DNA from: Gammaproteobacteria bacterium
Lineage (GTDB): Bacteria; Pseudomonadota; Gammaproteobacteria; Natronospirales; REEB76
Direction: 5' to 3'
Assembly: GCA_027315405.1 (NCBI GenBank)
Contig: DAHUYB010000068.1
Span: forward strand, 13,391 to 77,390
DNA length: 64,000 nt
A model generated the notes under the pieces. It was not told where the DNA came from. It was given only the letters and a program-made list of their open reading frames with translations, and did no database searches. Below, piece by piece: positions 13,709 to 23,203 of the stretch. The translations under genes and the position numbers were made by a program. Positions within the stretch are counted from its first letter, which is position 1; each line of letters opens with the position of its first letter.

Positions 13709-14103
13709 TGTGGTTCTTGCTCCAGCTCATTGATGAGTTCGCGGATGCGCATCAGTTCAGTGCTGCTGGCCGGCCGGCCGGAACCCAGTGCTTGCAGCAC
13801 CAGCTCTACAACGGAACCTTCAAAAGCGCGTTGCATTAATTTGCCTAACAATTGCTGTTGCGTATCCGTGCGGCTGAAGGCCGCGTTGTAGATGTGGGCG
13901 CGTGCCGAATCATCCCGCTCCACCAGACCCTTGACGTGCATGATTTGCAGCAGTTTGAGTACGGTGGTGTAGCCTACCCGGTTATGTTGTTTCACCGCCT
14001 CGTGAACCGTATGCACGGTACTCGGCCCCTGCTTCCAGAGCACATTGAGGATTTCCAGCTCGGCATCCGTCGGGTGGGTGGAACGGGCTCGGCGTGGTGA
14101 CAT
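13705..14103 (-). CDS. BlaI/MecI/CopY-family transcriptional repressor (paralog 1)
   Basis: 132 aa. Winged-helix signature ELEILNVLWKQGPSTVHTVHEAV..GYTTVLKLLQIMHVKGLVERDDSARAHIYNA. Confidence 0.85.
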   Translation of the reverse strand: MSPRRARSTHPTDAELEILNVLWKQGPSTVHTVHEAVKQHNRVGYTTVLKLLQIMHVKGLVERDDSARAHIYNAAFSRTDTQQQLLGKLMQRAFEGSVVELVLQALGSGRPASSTELMRIRELINELEQEPQ

Positions 14104-14790
14104 AGTGTGCTCCGGACCAAGATTTCAGAATCCGCAGGCTAAGGCAGGTAGCCACAGTGGGTTGCTTAAGTATAGACAAAAATGCGAGATATTTCGTATG
14201 TGGCGGATTCAAACTGGGTGGCGGACGTTAGCAGCGGGGGTACTTTTTTGGCTTTATGCGGTCGCAGGCAGAACACCACGGGTTTACCCGGGGATGAATG
14301 GGCCCGGCGGCAGCATGGTGAAGGCATGGAAGTCGTCAAGGCGGGGCATAGTGGTTACCACCTGCAATACCCCGTAGTCTGGGTATGTAAATACCGCCGC
14401 CGGATGCTGAATCCTAGCGGGTGCCAATATATGCGGAAAGTATTGCCGAAGCTGCTGCGAAGTATGCCCGGCGTAGTGATCGAGATGATTGGCATTGACC
14501 GGGATCATGTGCACAGGGGGATAGTGATCCCGCCGCGGTATAGCGTTGCGGCGGTGATGGGGCAGTTGAAAAGCCAATGGTCGTCGCACCTAAGGAAGAC
14601 CTTTGGGTGGCTGAGGAAGGTGTACTGGAAAGAGAATATTGTCTGGTCGCCGGGCTACTCCGTGAGCAGCGTAGGCGTGGAGGAAGAGACTGTTAAACGG
14701 TATGTGGAACACCAAGGTCGCCAGGATTCAGGTCAGTTCCGTATGGAACTGTAACGGTAAGGACCCCAGCTTTAGCCGGGGGAATCTATT
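14104..14790 (+). mobile_element. IS200/IS605-family insertion (tnpA-only, about 0.69 kb); boundaries approximate
   Basis: The whole 687-bp gap between the blaI-1 start and the truncated peptidase fragment is filled by a Y1-transposase gene plus flanks. An imperfect hairpin CCCCAGC-TTTA-GCCGGGG follows the tnpA stop (about 14764-14781). The size fits IS200-type elements. Confidence 0.6.
14326..14754 (+). CDS. tnpA: IS200/IS605-family Y1 (HUH) transposase TnpA
   Basis: YHLQYPVVWVCKYRRRML, HUH motif DHVHRGIVIPP and catalytic-Tyr region VWSPGYSVSSVG. The ATG at 14326 gives about 142 aa; the 14182 start is less likely. Confidence 0.8.
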   Translation: MEVVKAGHSGYHLQYPVVWVCKYRRRMLNPSGCQYMRKVLPKLLRSMPGVVIEMIGIDRDHVHRGIVIPPRYSVAAVMGQLKSQWSSHLRKTFGWLRKVYWKENIVWSPGYSVSSVGVEEETVKRYVEHQGRQDSGQFRMEL

Positions 14791-15397
14791 TTGGAATAGG
14801 GCGTGGCAGATGAGCAATGGCGGTAACAACGGTAATGGCGGTACCAGCTTCGTCGCTCCGCAACTTGCCGAGCTCTTTGCCGTGCAGGCCTCCTTGGCCT
14901 CGGCTCCCCTCGGACAAGCAAACTCTGCGATTTATATCGATGCCAACAGCAGTCACTACTCCACTGACTTCCACGACATCACTTCGGGTAACAATGGTGC
15001 ATTCAGTGCGGGTGTCGGTTGGGACCATCCCACAGGCTGGGGATCGATCAATGCGACAAATCTGCTAACCCATATTGAAGGCTCATCCACACTTTCACCG
15101 CCGATCAATCTAACTGCCGAGTATACAAATTGCATCAACAAGCGTGATACGTACTTCATTTCATGGCAGGCGGGCCCCGTTGGGAATGCCGCCGCTTATG
15201 ATGCTGAATATGAGTACGGCGCGGGCGGTTGGACGGTCTTCAAATATGGCGCGTCACCGACTGCAAACCTTACGCTTTTGCCGAATGAGTCGGTTAGCAT
15301 TCGCGTACGCGCGACAAATGGGTCGATCTGGACCAGTTACACGTCGATAGAGTTTCCTAGTTCACCGTGCGTCCCGCCGCCTTCACCATCGGGTTAA
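14790..15397 (+). pseudogene. 5'-truncated S53 (sedolisin/kumamolisin-type) serine peptidase remnant plus a beta-rich C-terminal domain
   Basis: Only the C-terminal part is present: the catalytic-Ser motif GGTSFVAPQLAELFA and the Ca-site region FHDITSGNNGAFSAGVGWDHPTGWGS. There is no signal peptide, prodomain or Glu/Asp catalytic region, and the fragment abuts the IS200 element. Confidence 0.65.
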
Positions 15398-15422
15398 CGT
15401 GCGCGGCTAAAATTCAAGCATT

Positions 15423-17444
15423 ATGGCAACACGTGTGTTCAAATACCTGGTTCTCATGGCTGCCGGCTTAGGGGTTATGGCTATGCATGAGCCGCTGGAC
15501 ACGCGTGTCCTATCCCATGAAGGGTGTTCGCAGGTTGCTCAATGCGCGCTGGCCAATCTTCCGGCACAGTGGCAACTGATCCAGAGCGACAGAGGTTACG
15601 AGATTTATGACGCGACGCAGAAGTTATCGGTGCGGGTGGATGCGCAACAGACCGTGATTGTCGCGGGCAACGCCGCCGGGATATTGAGGTTGGTTGATTA
15701 TAGCTCAGGTCAGCAGATCACACCGACGATCGCTGAAAAGCTCGCCCGACAGAACGGCCAGCTCCGAGTAATCTACGGGCACGGCTTGACGGCGTGGTAT
15801 CGGAAAACTCAGCGCGGAATAGAACAAGGGTTTACCCTCAGCAAGGAGCTTAGCAGTAATTCGAACCAAGTTAAGCTGGTCTTCGATATCAGAGGCCATC
15901 TGCTGGTCCATTTGCGGACACCGCGGGAGCTGGATTTTAACGATGCTGGCGGGCGGACCCGTCTGCGCTATGCGGGAGTTTTTGCTTATGACGGGCAGCA
16001 TCGGCCTCTGCGCGCACGGATGGCGCTTGCGGGCCACGCACTGACACTTAGCATCGTCACCCGCGGTGCCCGCTATCCTATTACCGTGGATCCACTGATC
16101 ACGACGGTGACGCAATTCAAGGATCCCGATCAGGTGCGCGGAGATAACTTTGGGCAGAGCTTGACACTGTCGGGTGACGGCTCCGTTGCATTGATCGGCG
16201 CGTTCAGCGCCGGTGCCAATGGCAGCGCTACCGGTAAAGCTTACATTTATTCGCAAACCAACGGCACCTGGAATACCCAGCCAGCGGTGACCTGGCTTGA
16301 TCCTCAAGGCATAACCCTGGATAAGTTCGGATGGCCCGTGGCTCTCTCGGCGAACGGGACCACGGCGGTCATTGCGGCTGCGGGCAACTCACAGGTCTAC
16401 ATCTATTCATCATCCGGCGGTACGTGGTCGGCAACCCCGGTGGCTGTGCTCCCTGACCCGGCGGGGATCGCCCATGACTGCTTCGGCTGCAGTGTTGCTG
16501 TGTCTGCGAACGGGACGGTGGTCCTCGTCGGAGCCTTCGGCACGACCGTGAATGGCAACTCTGATGTCGGTCGGGTATATGTATTTGCCCAAAGTAACGG
16601 TACTTGGTCCACGTCCCCGGTGGCGGAGCTTAATGATCCCAGTGCTGTTTTTGGAGAGTCTTTTGGGTATGCCATTGCCCTGTCCGCCGATGGCACGGTG
16701 GCATTGATAGGCGCTCCCCAACTGAGTGGAGGAGTGGGCAGGGTGTTCTTTTTTGTTGCACAGAGTGGTGTATGGCGTTCAACACCAATCGCCACCCTGT
16801 TAGACCCCATGTCCAACGTACTAGATAATTTTGGGTCTAGCTTGGCACTGCCCTCCAACGGCACCGTGGCTCTTGTGGGTGCGTACGGCTCAGATAAAGG
16901 TTCTGGAACCGTATACCTGTACCGCTCGGCTGGTGGCGTGTGGTCGGTCACACCAGAGGCGTCGTTTAGCGATCCGGATGCCGCCGCCGGCGATTTTTTC
17001 GGTTACAGTGTGGCGCTGTCGGGTGATGCCACCACTGCCCTGATTGGGGCACCCGGCGACCAGGGAAGCGGCGCCTACGGCGGCGCAGAAGGGAAGGCCT
17101 ATGTATTCAAGGAGATGAATGGCCAATGGGCGACGACTCCGACAGGCACAGCAAGCTTGGTGGATCCGTATCCGATTGCCTTAGACGGGTTTGGCACGAG
17201 CGTGGCGTTGACCTCGACCGGTACGATCGCGTTGGTCGGTGCTCCTCAAACACCTGGAATCCTGCCCGTGGGTAGTCCCAATAATACTGGGGGTCCGGGT
17301 CAGGCGTACGCCTTTGAAAATTCAAACGACTGGGGCTACGGCGGCACGGCAACATCATCTGGCGGTGGAGGCACCTTTGACTGGCTATGTTCTGCGGGGC
17401 TCTTGATATTGTCATGGACTGGCCGCCGCCGGCTCAGGCGGTGA
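15423..17444 (+). CDS. Secreted FG-GAP-repeat (7-bladed beta-propeller-like) protein with a GlyGly-CTERM-like sorting tail
   Basis: 673 aa with a signal-like N-terminus. It has seven repeats of the form D-x-FG-x-S-[VL]-A-[LV]-S-x-[DN]-G-[TS]-x-A-[LV]-[IV]-G-A...G-x-[AV]-Y-[IV]-[FY]. The C-terminus is SSGGGGTFDWLCSAGLLILSWTGRRRLRR. Confidence 0.8.
   Translation: MATRVFKYLVLMAAGLGVMAMHEPLDTRVLSHEGCSQVAQCALANLPAQWQLIQSDRGYEIYDATQKLSVRVDAQQTVIVAGNAAGILRLVDYSSGQQITPTIAEKLARQNGQLRVIYGHGLTAWYRKTQRGIEQGFTLSKELSSNSNQVKLVFDIRGHLLVHLRTPRELDFNDAGGRTRLRYAGVFAYDGQHRPLRARMALAGHALTLSIVTRGARYPITVDPLITTVTQFKDPDQVRGDNFGQSLTLSGDGSVALIGAFSAGANGSATGKAYIYSQTNGTWNTQPAVTWLDPQGITLDKFGWPVALSANGTTAVIAAAGNSQVYIYSSSGGTWSATPVAVLPDPAGIAHDCFGCSVAVSANGTVVLVGAFGTTVNGNSDVGRVYVFAQSNGTWSTSPVAELNDPSAVFGESFGYAIALSADGTVALIGAPQLSGGVGRVFFFVAQSGVWRSTPIATLLDPMSNVLDNFGSSLALPSNGTVALVGAYGSDKGSGTVYLYRSAGGVWSVTPEASFSDPDAAAGDFFGYSVALSGDATTALIGAPGDQGSGAYGGAEGKAYVFKEMNGQWATTPTGTASLVDPYPIALDGFGTSVALTSTGTIALVGAPQTPGILPVGSPNNTGGPGQAYAFENSNDWGYGGTATSSGGGGTFDWLCSAGLLILSWTGRRRLRR
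16143..17340 (+). repeat. Seven tandem coding repeats (about 55-60 codons each) of FG-GAP type
   Basis: The repeat starts read DNFGQS, DKFGWP, DCFGCS, ESFGYA, DNFGSS, DFFGYS and DGFGTS in the translation. The similarity is at protein level only. Confidence 0.6.
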
Positions 17445-17537
17445 TCAGAGGCCCGGATCCAAGCTCTGATAGAAGGGCGATTCAAACCGGGTTAGCTGCG
17501 CGATCGGCTGGCGGGCATGAGCTGCGAGACTTGGTAT

Positions 17538-19157
17538 TCAGTTAGCGGAGCACACATGGTAGCCCATGGGGATTTTGCAAGCCCTACTGTTCGTAGCGGG
17601 GGCCTGCAGCCGGAAGACGAATTCCTCGAGCATGCGCTGCGCCACCGGTACGCCGCCCAGCCTCGCGGGTTCTATTTTCCACTGACGTAGCGCGTCCATC
17701 GCCGCCTGTCCGAAAAGGCGTGAACCGGTTACGTGGATAACATGCATGGCCGTGATGCGACCCTCCGGCGTCAGGGTAAATGCCACTGTTGCGGAGCCTT
17801 CAACACCGCGCTCTAAAGCGATGGATGGATAGACAGGCGAATGCTGTGCAATGACGGTGCCACCCGCATGGCTGGGCGCAGAAAGGGCTTGCATAACCGG
17901 TATCGCTGTGTGCAAAGCCGCGACAGCGGGATGAACGGGTGCTGCTAATCCAGGCATGGCATTGAATACAATCCTCTGGGACTCATTAAGTATCTGGACT
18001 GGTTTGAGAGCGGCTGGGTATGTCCATATCGGTGCGTTTATCCCGGTTGGAGATAGTCTGGCTGCGGACGTATGCGATGCTAGCTTGCCCAGCAGGGTGT
18101 ATTTGGCAGTCACGACCGCTTGTTGGAATGCGGACTTCGGGTGGGTAAATTGTATGCTGCCGGCGGTAAATAATAATCCCGCGATCAGCAGCAGCGGTAA
18201 CCATGAAGCGGCAGCGTTGGAAGCCGGCAGTCCCAAGAGGCGGTGAATCCGATCCAGCACCGCGCCGCCGTTGGCACCGAGCACTAATGCGGAACGCGGC
18301 TGGCGCAGGCTTTCAAGTTCTGTCAGCGCGCGTGCGTACTCCACGGCATTGCCATGCAAACCTACCACCATGTCATCGCAGCATTGCTCGCGTTCAAGAC
18401 GCGCTTGCTGGGATACCCAGCGTACCACTGGGTGATAGAACAATAGGGTTTCCACGGCTACCTGCAGCAGATTCCACAAATAGTCTTGGCGGCGGATATG
18501 AGCCAGCTCATGGGCCAGTATTAGCTCCATCTGCAGGGGAGTTAGACCTGCCATGACGCTGGGTGGGATCAGGATGATGGGTTTGAGCCAACCTATAACG
18601 GAGGGCACGGCGATACCGGTGGAGACGGCCAAACGCACCAGTTTTTTTATGCCCAACAATGTGCGTACGGATTCGACCACCGCTTGCCACTCTGGTAGGG
18701 ACATGAATGCGGCGGTCTCCCGCAATTGATAAGCGTGGCGCCAGCCGCGCCAGGCACGCAGCGTCATGGTGAGCACGCCCAGCAGCCACAGAGGCACTGC
18801 CCAGGGAACCAGCGGTTGCAGCCAGAACCTTAGATGGTCGAGTACTGACAATCCCGTGGCAGCACTCTGGTTTAGATTGATCGTGGATACGTTTGCGAGG
18901 GTTTTCAACGGCGCATGCGTGGCGATACCCATCGTCGCGTGCGCCAGATGAATAAACGTGATGATGGGCAGTGCGGCCATTACGGCCAGGGCGCCCATGG
19001 CCAAATGATAACGGGCGGCTGGTGATTGCCCTTGCAGCAGTCGTTGCATTCCAACATAGACTGCGCCGATTGCGACGCCTTGCCAGAGAAAATGCACCAG
19101 AGTCCAACCCAGGCAATGGATCAGCGTCGAATTGAGGAGTGTCTCAACGGCGCTCAT
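17538..19157 (-). CDS. BlaR1-type M56 metallopeptidase fused to a TonB C-terminal domain (paralog 2)
   Basis: 539 aa. M56 motif LILAHELAHIRRQDYLWNLLQVAVETLLFYHPVV and TonB_C-like segment PVYPSIALERGVEGSATVAFTLTPEGRITAMHVIHVTGSRLFGQAAMDALRQWKIEP. It ends with CKIPMGYHVCSAN. A 4-nt overlap links it to blaI-2. Confidence 0.8.
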   Translation of the reverse strand: MSAVETLLNSTLIHCLGWTLVHFLWQGVAIGAVYVGMQRLLQGQSPAARYHLAMGALAVMAALPIITFIHLAHATMGIATHAPLKTLANVSTINLNQSAATGLSVLDHLRFWLQPLVPWAVPLWLLGVLTMTLRAWRGWRHAYQLRETAAFMSLPEWQAVVESVRTLLGIKKLVRLAVSTGIAVPSVIGWLKPIILIPPSVMAGLTPLQMELILAHELAHIRRQDYLWNLLQVAVETLLFYHPVVRWVSQQARLEREQCCDDMVVGLHGNAVEYARALTELESLRQPRSALVLGANGGAVLDRIHRLLGLPASNAAASWLPLLLIAGLLFTAGSIQFTHPKSAFQQAVVTAKYTLLGKLASHTSAARLSPTGINAPIWTYPAALKPVQILNESQRIVFNAMPGLAAPVHPAVAALHTAIPVMQALSAPSHAGGTVIAQHSPVYPSIALERGVEGSATVAFTLTPEGRITAMHVIHVTGSRLFGQAAMDALRQWKIEPARLGGVPVAQRMLEEFVFRLQAPATNSRACKIPMGYHVCSAN

Positions 19158-19561
19158 TGATCATGGGCCTCTAGTTCATCGAGACGGGCGCGGATTTTAC
19201 TGATTTCCTCCGTGCTGGCGGGTTTGGCAGAACCCAGAGCTTGCATGACGAGTTCCGTGGCGGAGCCCTCGAATACCCGATGCAGCAATTTACCCAGGAT
19301 TTGGCGCTGAGTTTGATGCTTGCTCAGGGCCGGTTTGTACACGTGAGCACGTTCCGAGTCATCGCGGCTGACCAAGCCTTTCTGATACATGATCTGCAGC
19401 ATGCTAAGCACCGTGGTATACGCGAGACCGTGGCGTTCCAGCGTCTCATGCACTTGGCGTACGGTGCTGGGACCCAACTGCCAAAGGACGCTCAGAATTT
19501 CCAACTCCGTTTCGGTGGGTTCAGGCAGGGCGGGTGCGGGAGATGCTTTTCTGATGGTCAT
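19154..19561 (-). CDS. BlaI/MecI/CopY-family transcriptional repressor (paralog 2)
   Basis: ELEILSVLWQLGPSTVRQVHETL..AYTTVLSMLQIMYQKGLVSRDDSERAHVYKPA. The start at 19561 (MTIRK...) is chosen by length comparison with paralog 1; the ATG at 19606 is an alternative. Confidence 0.8.
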   Translation of the reverse strand: MTIRKASPAPALPEPTETELEILSVLWQLGPSTVRQVHETLERHGLAYTTVLSMLQIMYQKGLVSRDDSERAHVYKPALSKHQTQRQILGKLLHRVFEGSATELVMQALGSAKPASTEEISKIRARLDELEAHDQ

Positions 19562-19610
19562 TGCTGGTTGATATCCAGTTAGGTGCTGGTCAAGCCACAT
19601 TACCATGCAG

Positions 19611-19712
19611 TATAGTACAGTCTACTAGGTATCTAGTATAAAATTCTTTAGGCCTTGCAAGACTGAATTTTCTGACTATAATACTATTTATTTAGTACTT
19701 CTAATATAGTAT
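19611..19712. promoter_or_regulatory. Cluster of TAGTA/TACTA dyads (candidate BlaI-type operators) in an AT-rich divergent intergenic region
   Basis: Three dyads: TAGTA-cagtc-TACTA (19613-19627), TACTAG-gtat-CTAGTA (19623-19638) and TACTA-tttatt-TAGTA (19682-19697). ATACTAT (19681-19687) and ATAGTAT (19706-19712) also form an inverted pair. The half-site occurs six times in about 100 bp. Confidence 0.4.
19655..19682 (+). promoter_or_regulatory. Sigma70-like promoter for the small lipoprotein gene
   Basis: TTGCAA (19655-19660), a 16-nt spacer, then a perfect TATAAT (19677-19682). The predicted transcription start falls inside the third TACTA/TAGTA dyad. Confidence 0.45.
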
Positions 19713-19743
19713 TTTATATTGAACCCATTGAGGAGCAAGACTC

Positions 19744-20058
19744 ATGAGCAAATGGATATCTTCCCTGGGATTAGCCCTATTGATGACGGCCTGTGCCACA
19801 CCCCAACAACCAGCTGCCCAGGTTTCTGGCGCCGCGACCTCCAGTGGGCAACCGCAGATGGTGGTTTCAACGGGGACCCAGCCTGCGGGCCAAAAACTCA
19901 TCTGCAGCGAGAGCTACCCTATGGGCTCGCACATACCGCAGCGCATCTGTGTGACCCCGGAACAGGCTGCTGCCCGTAAAAAAGCCGCCCAGGAGGCCAT
20001 GCGAAATGTCCAGATGCAGGGCGCTCAGTCTCAAGGATCCGGCAATAATCCTCCCTGA
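19744..20058 (+). CDS. Small lipoprotein with a conserved-looking Cys pair
   Basis: 104 aa. GAGGAG RBS, signal peptide with lipobox LLMTAC, mature part containing LICSESYPMGSHIPQRICVTPEQ, and a Q/A/G-rich tail. Confidence 0.7.
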   Translation: MSKWISSLGLALLMTACATPQQPAAQVSGAATSSGQPQMVVSTGTQPAGQKLICSESYPMGSHIPQRICVTPEQAAARKKAAQEAMRNVQMQGAQSQGSGNNPP

Positions 20059-20108
20059 CTATTGGTTTCTACACACTGACGTCTCTTGAGATCGTCGGGA
20101 GTCTCTGG

Positions 20109-20142
20109 GATGGCCGGTTACAATACCGGCCATCTTTAATTT
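20109..20142 (+). terminator. Rho-independent terminator-like hairpin (perfect 10-bp stem) plus T tract
   Basis: GATGGCCGGT (20109-20118), loop tacaat, ACCGGCCATC (20125-20134), then TTTAATTT. It lies downstream of the lipoprotein gene and only about 14 nt before the hutU start. Confidence 0.6.
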
Positions 20143-20155
20143 GGAGATTCCGGCC

Positions 20156-21826
<1,671 letters not shown>

Positions 21827-21854
21827 GGACCGAGCCGCCGTGTAAATTAGCAGC

Positions 21855-22595
21855 ATGCACATGGACCTGAACGCGGACATGGGCGAGGGTTGCGGCGATG
21901 ACGAGGCGCTCATGTCGCTTATCACTAGCGCCAGCATTGCCTGCGGCGCGCACGCCGGGGATGCCACCAGCATGCGGCGCACCGTTGAAGTCGCCGTAAG
22001 CCGGGGCGTCAGCATCGGCGCGCATGTTGCCTACCCTGACCGAGAAGGCTTCGGCCGGCGCGAGTTATCGCTACCGCCGGCTAGCATCACAGTGGCAGTG
22101 CTTGGGCAGGTGCGAGCACTGGATGCCGCTGCGCGCGCGGCGGGCACCCGGATTAGTTATCTGAAAGCCCACGGCGCGCTCTATAACCGCATGGCCGACG
22201 ATGCCGATACCGCCAATGCCGTGATTGCCGCTATAAGGACATTCGATGCATCCCTGGCATTGCTCACTCTGCCCGACAGCGTAGCCATGACGCGTGCACG
22301 GGCGTGCGGCCTTAAGGTTTTTGGCGAGGCCTTTGCAGATCGTGCGTATACAGCGGGCGCCCGGTTGGTGCCGCGCTCCCGGGCTGATGCGGTTATTACC
22401 GATGTCGCTGCCGTCACCCGTCAGGCCATAAGCCTGGCCACCACCGGAAAAATCGCGAGTTTGGATGGTTCAGTCATATCCATTCACGCGCGCTCACTGT
22501 GCATACATAGCGATACGCCGGGCGCTGTTAACTTGGCAAGAGTGGTGCGTGCGGCGCTTGAAGAGTCCGGTGTCAGCGTGCGCGCATTCACATGA
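21855..22595 (+). CDS. pxpA: 5-oxoprolinase subunit A (LamB/YcsF family)
   Basis: N-terminus MDLNADMGEGCGDDEALMSLITSASIACGAHAGD is the LamB/YcsF signature. Confidence 0.85.
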   Translation: MHMDLNADMGEGCGDDEALMSLITSASIACGAHAGDATSMRRTVEVAVSRGVSIGAHVAYPDREGFGRRELSLPPASITVAVLGQVRALDAAARAAGTRISYLKAHGALYNRMADDADTANAVIAAIRTFDASLALLTLPDSVAMTRARACGLKVFGEAFADRAYTAGARLVPRSRADAVITDVAAVTRQAISLATTGKIASLDGSVISIHARSLCIHSDTPGAVNLARVVRAALEESGVSVRAFT

Positions 22596-23203
22596 CTACG
22601 CGTTTTGTCGGTGACAGCGCTCTGCTGGTGGACACAGAAAACGTCCAAACCGCCCAGCAGCTGTGTGCAGTCATCCATCGGCAATCGTTGAAGGGCCTGC
22701 GTGAATTGGTACCGGCCTATAACACCCTGTTGGTGGAATTTGATCCGCTTGAGTTTGACGTGATGCAGTTCATCCGCCGTTTGCCACAATTCTTAAAGGC
22801 ACCTCCGCTTCGTGGTCTGGTGCGCGAGCACGACATTGAGGTGACTTACAACGGCGAGGATTTGGAAGAGGTGGCACGGATGACCGGCCTGAGTATCCTA
22901 GAGGTGATCCAATGTCATAGTGCCGCCACGTATACGGTGGCATTTTTGGGTTTTGCACCGGGATTTCCCTATTTGACCGGGCTGGATCCGAAACTGCGGA
23001 TGCCGCGTTTGAAATCGCCGCGCACTCAAGTGCCAGTCGGTGCCGTGGCGATTGCTGACGAATTCAGCGGCATATATCCTCAAGCCACCCCCGGTGGTTG
23101 GCGCATCCTGGGACATACGAATACGGTGTTGTTCGATGTTTCACGACCCACACCGGTTCTGCTGATGCCGGGCGATACCGTGCATTTTCGGCCGCTAGTA
23201 TGA
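22592..23203 (+). CDS. pxpB: 5-oxoprolinase subunit B (KipI / allophanate hydrolase subunit 1 family)
   Basis: 203 aa. Motif YTVAFLGFAPGFPYLTGLDPKL, with start and stop overlaps to pxpA and pxpC. Confidence 0.85.
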   Translation: MTTRFVGDSALLVDTENVQTAQQLCAVIHRQSLKGLRELVPAYNTLLVEFDPLEFDVMQFIRRLPQFLKAPPLRGLVREHDIEVTYNGEDLEEVARMTGLSILEVIQCHSAATYTVAFLGFAPGFPYLTGLDPKLRMPRLKSPRTQVPVGAVAIADEFSGIYPQATPGGWRILGHTNTVLFDVSRPTPVLLMPGDTVHFRPLV

